Shown here one piece after another: positions 54,891 to 64,000 of a stretch of DNA of 64,000 nt. The stretch is from the NCBI RefSeq assembly GCF_009914755.1, contig NC_060926.1, one strand, 5' to 3'. Every line of letters starts with the position of its first letter. Positions within the stretch are counted from its first letter, which is position 1. The position numbers and the translations under genes are program-made. The notes below the pieces were generated by a model. It worked only from the letters and a program-made list of their open reading frames with translations. It had not been told where the DNA came from and did not search any database. Source of the DNA: the human T2T-CHM13v2.0 reference genome, Homo sapiens.

Positions 54891-55769
54891 GCCAATGAAT
54901 AGAGCAATATTAATTTAGATCTCACTTGAAGTTCAGCGTTAAAATTCTTCTACACATTTTAAGAAATGAAAAAAGTTTGCAAATAAAATGCATATTTGCT
55001 ACTCATAAGAAGACTTGCTGCAGTAATCTATAAAGAGGAATCTGTAAATATATTATTAACAACGATTTTTATAAAAAATGGATCAGATAATTTCATATGA
55101 TTCTTATTCCTTTGGTTAGTCTTAATTAAAACTCTACCTACAACACTTTGTTGGTAATAGAGTTAATGTATTTCTGAAGAATAGAATCCTTTTTATGCAA
55201 TCTTTAATTCAGCTGTTATTAATATTCATAATATTTGTCTCACTTTGAAAACACCTAGGCTTTGTAATACTTAAATTATTGGAGTGGAGTGCTTAAATTA
55301 TTCTAAGCAGTGTCTCTCTCCCAAAATGCTTGGAACCTAGTTTTCTGTTTAGCTGGCTCTTTCTGAATGCTGAATGTAGAGGGAGATCCCTTTGTTATCT
55401 ATGGATTTTGTACTATTACATGCATCATTGTAATACTATGGAACAAGAGTTCAGAACAATGAAATCATTGATGACATCCTAAAGACTTTACATTTAAAAA
55501 GCTGAAATAAAACTTACTTTCACTTCTTTGCATTATGATGGACTTAACAAACATTCATTTGGTGTCTGCTATGCACCAGACAGCACTCCTAATACCTCAT
55601 ACTCAACAACATGGGGTTGTTAATACCTCAAAAACTAGGGGTATATAAGTGTTGGAAGCAAAGAAAAAGAAAACAAAACTATGTAATATTCTCTGTAGTA
55701 AGCACTTAAAATGGACAAAACTAGTTGCTAAGTGTTTTAAATGCATCTTCTATTATTAAATACATCTCT

Positions 55770-55960
55770 TACTAGCATTTATTAAATCCTTACCATATGG
55801 CAGGTACCATAGTAAATGTTTATAGATATGCGTTTATTCCTCACAACAATCCTATAAAATAGATACAATTGTGGCTGTTGTTTTATCCATTTTATAGATG
55901 ACAGAAGTGAGGCACAGAGAAGCTTGTGGCATTTTCAAGGATATACAGCACCTTGGTGGC
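55770..55960 (-). mobile_element. MIR
   Basis: agcatttattaaatccttaccatatggcaggtacc...tcctcacaacaatcct...tccattttatagatgacagaagtgaggcacagaga. Confidence 0.85.
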
Positions 55961-57864
55961 ACTGCCAGAAATACATGGCTACTCCATGAACTGTTACGAA
56001 TACAAACTTCAAATGACCACTTTTTAATTAAATAATTGGAAACATCTACAGGAGAGTCTTCTATCTTTTTTGCTTTAAAGTACAGGCAGCAACAGTACAA
56101 AGTAAGAAAGCCATTTTCTAGGAAAGGTGAAAAATAAAACTAGAGGATTCGAAACGGAAATCAGGTTTGATGATAGAGATAATAAAATTTTCTGAAATTT
56201 TAGTGAGAACTTGAAAGAGAATATGTAAAGAGGAAAATGATTCAGTAACATCCCTTTAAGACATAAAGTCAGGATATAAATCTCATAATTAGGAGAAAAA
56301 TGTAAATTGTTTTGTGGTAGATAGTGTGGCTTAAGTTCAGCTGGTTCAAGTTCAGCCCCATAATTAAAAAAAAATGACACAAAGCATGAGTCTTCGATGT
56401 CATTTCAATCATAATGCGAAGCAGTTCAATTCACAAACTGTGGTAGTCAGAAGCAGCATTAATTATCCCCTGGGTATCTTTGTCCTCATAGCATAGCACG
56501 GGAATATAAGGATTAAAGACAAGATGGGTCTGGTAATGAGGAAAATTCTCTCAAGTGAAGAGATCATTTTTGGGATAACTATTTGTTGGCTCTTGTGCCA
56601 GACAATTTAAACACTGCCAGGTCTAACTTTTAGAATACATTTACAGATAAGTCAACTGAGGCTGTGATTTCACAGTGACACAATAAAGTAGAATCAGGTT
56701 AAAATCCAGGAGGAATTCTTGTACACCTGCAGGGACACACACATTTCTCTAAAACCTTTCATTCTATTACTCAAGGCTTTTCCTGTTCTACCTCTGTTGG
56801 TGATTTATCTCTCTTTAAATACTTTTTCCTAAGTTAAACATACCCATGACTAGACTCAGTCCTCTAGGAAGGGTTTAATCTGGGCTATATAACAGGATAA
56901 TAAAGCTCCTGTGAGATACTTCATTGTTTAATGGTACAAAGAAAATGAATGATGAGTATGAATTTGCCAACATTGAAGGGCATTCTGCCTATATGTGAAT
57001 TAAATCTGACAGATCATCATATGCAAGAAATGCCCACACCACCTAAAAATGTGCTTATGTTCGAGAAATGAGATCTATGTTTAGCTGTCAAATAGAATTA
57101 GGTGAAGAGAGGATGCAGAACTGTCAAAAACTTGTAGGCTGACAGTGTTTATTCAATGCAGATTGTAAAACAAGACAATTATTACCAGAGAGGCTTTCTC
57201 TCTCTGTGGACCTGGATTGGTAGCACGCTATCACCAAAGCATCAACCTGCTTTGGTCATAGTTCAAAAAAATCACTGGCCATCATAAGAAACTTGAATTT
57301 CCTTCTAGATAAGGTCAAGAAAGAACAAAATTAGAATTTGTAACTTTAGAAATAGATTTAAGAAATGTTCAGAATAGAGGGGCCATTTGGTATACACATC
57401 AAAAACAATTCCTAATTACATTATACATTTAACAACAAATGATTGAGTAGAAGATAAATTTCACCAATGGGATGACCGAGAAGCCCTCTGCAGATTCATT
57501 TGACTGATTTAATATGGGGATATACTAAAAGCACAACGCATATTTACAAGGCTATTGTACAGCAAGCAAACTGTGAATTGTGTGAGTGGCCATTGACTCT
57601 TTGTGAGGCTTTAAGCCATTTTGATGGCAGAACTGTGGGCCTTTTAGGTTCCCGGGCAACATTAAATAAGCATGGATGCTAATATTGGCAAGGGCCCTAA
57701 ACAGATCATGCAGGGTAAAACCTGGTGATGAAAATCTCAGCTCATAAGCCAGTCTAAGCAGATGTTCTATGATCAGTCTAATGTAACACTCGGAAGTTTT
57801 GGTGGCAGAGAATATGAGATTTGTATACAGCATTTGAGGCCTTGCTCTTCCACCTTTTATTCCC

Positions 57865-57960
57865 GTGAATTGTCTGAGCCTCAGTTTCCTCATCTGTAGA
57901 TTAGGCATAAAGAACACTTACTTCCTAGGGTTTATAAGAGGATTAACTATTTTGTTTAGA
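57865..57960 (+). mobile_element. MIR core
   Basis: tctgagcctcagtttcctcatctgtaga...cttacttcctagggtttataagaggattaa. Confidence 0.8.
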
Positions 57961-58178
57961 AGGATAATCAACAAATGGCATAATTTTATGATTGTTAGCA
58001 ACATGAACACTATGTGTGCCTACCCAGCTTTATGCTAGGTTTTGTGAAGTACAGCAAAACGTTTGAGCCATGTATTTTAAGGAGCTTGGTATCTGGGGAA
58101 GGTACAGACACAACAAATAAAAGACAGTTGATCTACTTAAAATATTGGTCATTGGTGATTGGAAGAATAGAAACTTAG

Positions 58179-58493
<315 letters not shown>

Positions 58494-58719
58494 CATCATG
58501 TACAGTTGATTAGATCTATTACCCAGTTTTCTGGCTACCTTTCCTTCTTTTCCCACTAACATACACAAAAATAACCTTGCCTGTAGTGAGCTGGATTTTC
58601 AGACGTAGTTGCATCAGTCATTTTACTATTTTGTAGAATTGCAAGGGAACTAAAAAATAATCTTTATCCTCAACTTATAGGCAGAATGATCCTTATCAAG
58701 GAGCTTGAGGATTGAGAGG

Positions 58720-58930
58720 AGACTATGATGTGTATATGCATGTATATGTCGACTATCATATATATGATGTATATATCTGTTTATACACATGAGTATATAA
58801 TATCTGTATATATATAAGTGTGTGTGTATGCATGTGTGTATACATGAAGGTGAAGTACACTAATCATAATTTACAAGCTCGATAAATTCTCTCTCTCTCA
58901 CACACACACACATACACGCACACACACACT
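58720..58930. repeat. TA/TG low-complexity sequence and (CT)n(CA)n microsatellite
   Basis: Directly visible. Confidence 0.85.
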
Positions 58931-59210
58931 TGTAAACAATACCCAGATTACAGTGTAGAGCATTTCATCTCTAGAAGAAAACTTCATGCCTAGTGAATAG
59001 CTCCTTTCCAAGAGTATTCCAAGGATATACCGACCTGATTTCTATCACCATGGATCCCTTTTGTCTGTTTCAAACTTCACACAAATAGAGTCATGCAGTA
59101 TGCATTCTTTATTGCTTGGCTTATTTTAGTCATCATTTGTATGTTAGATTTACCCATGTTGTTGTGTATATCAGTAGTTCTTTTTATTGCTATGTAGTAT
59201 TTTATTAAAA
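58930..59210 (-). mobile_element. L1ME-like 3' fragment
   Basis: acccagattacagtgtagagcatttc...ctgatttctatcaccatgga...aaatagagtcatgcagtatgcattc...cccatgttgttgtgtatatcagtagttc. Confidence 0.7.
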
Positions 59211-62200
59211 TGCACTGTTTTAGTGGGTCTTTAGAAAAGAAAATTACATACTTGCAAAAATCAAATAGAATGTAGCTGGTTGTGGTTCTTCTTTCCTTAA
59301 AACTTTAGCCTGCCTTTCCTCTGATAGTATGATGTTGGGTCTATCAAATTTCCTCCTCCTTGGTTTTGGGTACATCTTCAACATCCTGAGGAAATTTCCA
59401 CTTTTACGTATCTTACTATTGAAATTCCATAGTTCTTAGGGGGTTTTATCTGCTGACAAAATGTTGATTAGCACTGGCCGGGAGAGTTGATAGAGGAGGT
59501 TCAGTTCTCTGGAATATGTATTATTGCACTGTCGCTGCATTTTTAGCTCCTAGCCTCTTTTTGCGTAGTAGATGATTAGTAAATATTTGTTGAAGAGGGT
59601 TGACTTGCTTCCTTTTTGGCTCTACAAAATTACTCTAACTTGTGCTTACTCCTATTATAAACCTTGCACTTTTCTGGAAAATTGCTCAGAGCTTGTACAT
59701 TTACCTGAAATGCCTTAATTTGTCCATTTCAATGCTTTCAGTCTTCAATGATATGATTGGACTGAGCAGTATTGTGAGCTTCCTAAAACATAAATCTGCA
59801 CATAATGGCGCTCAAAAATAAGCTATTAACTATTTTGAAGGATAATCTGGAACAGCAGTGTAGGCGACTTAGCATTTTGAAAATTGTTTTGATGGTACTT
59901 TGCTCAGACCTTTAAAAAGACATGATGGATATTGGGGGCAGTAATTTTTAAGTGTCCTATTAAAAATATTTCCCTAAACATTAGAAATTTGGGGAAGCTA
60001 ACAGTTACCAGACGCATATAACATGTCCAGCAATATATATTATCTCTGACATTCTCAATGGCTCTACAAAGTTTTCATTCTGCAGAAATATAGATGGAAA
60101 CAGGAATAGAAATTGGAAAATTAGTGAAATTTTTATTATTAAAATGCAAATAAATATAGTTGATATTAATTATTTAAGAAATGAGAAAGTGAAATTAACT
60201 CAATTGATAATAATCCATACAATTTTAAATAATTGAGCAAGTGGTGAAAAAAATGGAACGCTATAATTTTTTAAAGTTGTGAGTGCCCATATTTCTACAG
60301 GCAATAGAGACTTTGATAGTCCATGACATAACATATATTGTCCAAATGTGAAAGAGGGACCTGGAGAGAATTGAGGCTTCTTACTTGTTTTCTTTCTATT
60401 TGTTCTCTTCTCAAATCACAGAGCTTTATTTGAAATGTTTCTAAAGACCCTTGGAGCACATTATTTTCCCTTTATTCAAAAAAAATCTTTGCTTTCTATA
60501 GCTTACTTTCTATTATTACCTTGCAACACATTCCACACTATTCTTTATAAAATCTCAACGGTATGGCAGTTTTCTCTTGATGATTACTTAGTTGGAGACC
60601 TGCATTATTTCTTCTGCTGTTCATTTTTTCAAGTAAACATTTGTCATGTTCTTTGCTTCTTTTTTTGCCAATGCCGTTTAGCTTCTTACAAATTCTAACT
60701 TTATGGTTATGTCTATCTGACTATGAGCAAATGGAATGGAAAAATCTTGGAGTATCAGTTCATCTGGGCTTATTTATGCATCGCTCAACATCTGTGTCTT
60801 TCTGAACCCCATCAACTGTAAGGCTAAATGGTAGATACTGGTGAATGAAACCAGAAAGTTTTAGCTAAATTTAACTCGTCAGTTTAATCTGGATTTGTTA
60901 TGTTCAAGAATGTATATATTTGACTTTGGAAAAGCTTAGTGGAATTAAAAATAGACTGATTTGATCATATGACTAGTCAATACCCCAAATACGGAATCAG
61001 AAGGGCTGTTAGAAGCATCATCAGATGAATTTTTTACTATACTATTTCTTCTGTTTAACACTCACTTCCTTTCAATCCTCAGCTAAATTTCCAAGGTCAA
61101 TAAAAAACAAAATCTGTAAGGGCTCCATTTGCCTGGTTGAAAAGAGTCCTAGCAGGACTCAGGACACCTCTGTTTCCTACGTGCTCCCCTGCAGTTAGAT
61201 ACTACACACAGGCCAGCTGACTATACACACAAGTGACAGAGTTCTCACCTGAGCTACCTTTCAGACAGAATGACTAACTGTCTTAATTCTATGAATTCAT
61301 CTAGAAGCCATGAATTCTGGCCTCAAAAGTAGTAACAACAGGAATGATGACAATTTAATAGTAATCACTACCATCAATGTATTATTTTGAGCTTCAGGGT
61401 AGGAGGAGGAGACGGGTGATTGCCATTGATTTAGCTCCTCAATTCCCATTGAGAACTTTCCATGTGACCATCTGCCACCTCTGAATTCTAAATTATTACT
61501 GGGCTAATAATAATAATAATTTCCTCATCTGTTTTTAACCCATCTTGTATCTTCCTTATTTCCTGTCTCATAAATTATTAGGGCATTTCCCAGAGTTTCT
61601 TTGCTGCACAGTCATCATTATGAATAACCAGATGAGAATATCTTCTCTGGCCTAATTTTCAGAAATGCAGACTCTGGGTATGTGTTAGAAGAAAGGGAGC
61701 TTGGTGGCTGAATTCCTATCAAGTCCTTTCACATCCTTGGCTGAATGACATCTCCAGTTTTCTCTGGGCAAAGAAGTTAGTTTTTAGAATACTTGTTCAC
61801 AGGCTTATTTGGGAAATAGGCATGAAGGATCTTCTGGTGCCTATAGTCAATAATAATTTAAAATGTTATATTTCACATATTTTGAGCAAAATATTGAATG
61901 CCAGTTTCACCTAATGGATTCATTTTCTTTTCAGAAGTTTAGACTTTTTGGAAGTAAACCTTATGAACATGAATAGAGGATTTTCCTGTCCCTATATTCC
62001 AGAGATTTGGTAATTTTAAGATTTCAAATGAACAGCTTTGAAATTACATGTTGTTTGTGCACTGAAAACAGCTGGGTATCATGTCCTCTAGCTCTAAGTT
62101 GCCTTTCATTAATAACCTATCGCATCTGACTAGGACTGCGGGAAATGAAAGTATAATTCTGGCTAAAGGAATTGGTAGAAATAAGTCATAAGCCCTAGAA

Positions 62201-63713
62201 AAATGTTGTAACTGTAAGTTTTATCTGTAGCGAAACTATATTAATAAAGTTACTAAAAGTAAAAAGTCATTTACAGCTTGCAGTTGAGGAAACTGTTTTT
62301 GTAGGAAAGCTCTTTCCTCAGAATGTTGAACTGGAAGATGGCTCGGTGGGTGATAGGACTTCAGGTGCTGGACAAATGCCAGGAGACTCACTCCGTTAAG
62401 GTGTAAGTGTGGAGCTCATGAACATTTGTATCCCATCAAGTAGAAAATTGCTATTCCACCTTGCCATATAAAGTTGGCCAAATGTCTTCCTACTGTTTTT
62501 CATTTGTTTAAACTTCTCTAATATGCAGCTAATTTTCTAATTATTATAATATGATACATTTAGCAATAATATTTTGTGAAACTGGCCTAAGTAATTCCTC
62601 TTGCAACTGGAGACTGGACAAAAGTTATGGGGGAAAAAAAACAGGAATATTAAAATGATTGTATTAGAGAAATGTTTTCCATACAGGTGTGGTGCATTCT
62701 GGATACTGACTCAGGGACTCTGGGCATCTTCCCAGAGACACCCCTAGATATAAAACTTGATGTAGCTTCTTGTAGTTCCTTTATTTCCAACTAGGGCATG
62801 GGACTCTTGGCAAGGCTCTGAAGTAGAAAGTACCCTTTATAGACAGATAAAGAAGTACAGACAATCTGATAGTGTAAAGGTGGTTGGGGCATTTGTCTTT
62901 TAGGGAAAATAATCCACATAAAACCACCTTTCTCATAGTTTTGTATGTTTAGGGAGAGCCCAATATTTTCAAAAAATGTTTGAAAGGCAGTAATTCCCCA
63001 GTGCAAGCCTACATTTTTATTTTTACCTATTATGTACCTAGTTAGCTTTCTGTAACTTCAAGAATTTGTCCTTATTTTCACCTAGCTAATGTGAAAATTT
63101 CATGCATTTATCACTTCACCTCATCACCACTGCAATTCTTTTGTTTTTTTCTTTCTGTTCAGTGATCTTTTGTTTTAGGAAAAAGGAGTTAGATTTACAG
63201 CCTTGGCAATCAAAGGTGTCTCTTTTAAATAACAGAATAAATATTGTATGGATAGTGAGAGTGTTTTTGTAACTGCAGGCAAGGACCTGTGTCTGCTCCT
63301 GTGGTCTCCTCAGCAGGCAGATTTCTGCTAGCACTTGCTGACATTTTCCATAGCAATAAGAGCAGCCAATAAAACAAGTGAAGACCATTGTGTGGCCGAA
63401 TGGGATAAATGCATAATAAAAAAAGAAACCATAATTAATTCTTGTCTTTGGGATAATGGAATCAGAACCTTGGTGCAGAGACCTCCCTCTACCCCATGAA
63501 TCATCAGTGTTAGACTTACAGTGCTTTGGGATGTTTTCAATATAATTTGGTTTTGTCGGACATTATATATATAAAATAGAAGATCTTGTTTACAGTACAA
63601 TTTTAGATCATCTTGGAAGACATTATGTATAAAACAAAACTCTGCTTTAAACAGTAATGGTTAAATTATTAAGCAACGGAAGTGTAGAATTAGTAGTGCA
63701 GAAAGTAATGACT

Positions 63714-64000
63714 TGTGAAAATAAATATAATTTAAAAGCTATCGAAGCCCCCAAAACACTTTAAGCCTTGAGAGAGATGTGACTGTGATCTGAGTCACAT
63801 ATGGCTACAACTTCTATTTCTCAGATTATAGATTACTTCATTTTCTTATTTTCCTTGTTCTGTACAATGACTAAAGATAATTAAATGATGTCAGGGACAA
63901 AAACCTCCTGCCTTCTTAATTAACGACCCTTGCTATAGATTAACTTCCCCTTTGTTGTTCTGCTTTGCTTAAACCAGATGACAGAAAACCCATGGCTATT
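63714..64000 (+). mobile_element. ERV1 MER4-group LTR (MER72/MER49-like); runs off the window end
   Basis: Starts tgtgaaaataaatataatttaaaagct...cactttaagccttgagagagatgtgactgtgatctgagtcac. Confidence 0.7.

Noticed and set aside
62322-62402. Possible + strand exon (tctttcctcag|...GGT|gtaagt) and an acceptor near 62687
   Set aside because: Short pyrimidine tract, no recognisable peptide and no independent support.

Overview
AT-rich primate (very likely human) intronic or intergenic DNA. No protein-coding gene, RNA gene, CpG island or CRISPR array can be supported. Much of the window is transposon relics: 15 Alus (11 on -, 4 on +, most with readable target-site duplications, TSDs), about 13 L1 fragments of various ages, L2/MIR/CR1 fossils, MaLR/ERV1/ERVL LTRs, a decayed ERVL gag-protease segment, and Tigger/hAT DNA transposons, often nested. 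The supplied ORFs are L1 ORF2 remnants, Alu or microsatellite artefacts, or chance ORFs. I found no convincing new biological system. The most unusual items seen directly are: (1) an AluSc flanked by a ~200-bp direct duplication ending at a TTTT/AA L1 endonuclease site, apparently a giant TSD; (2) a twin-primed 5'-inverted L1PA3/4 with a 15-bp TSD; (3) a non-transposon 27-31-bp hairpin with an adjacent palindrome cluster at ~19.7-19.9 kb; (4) a 26-bp minisatellite rich in TGCATG (RBFOX) motifs; (5) paired RFX X-boxes around a CCAAT box; (6) a few candidate exons. Subfamily names come from recalled consensus sequences and boundaries of old elements are approximate; RepeatMasker/Dfam should confirm them.
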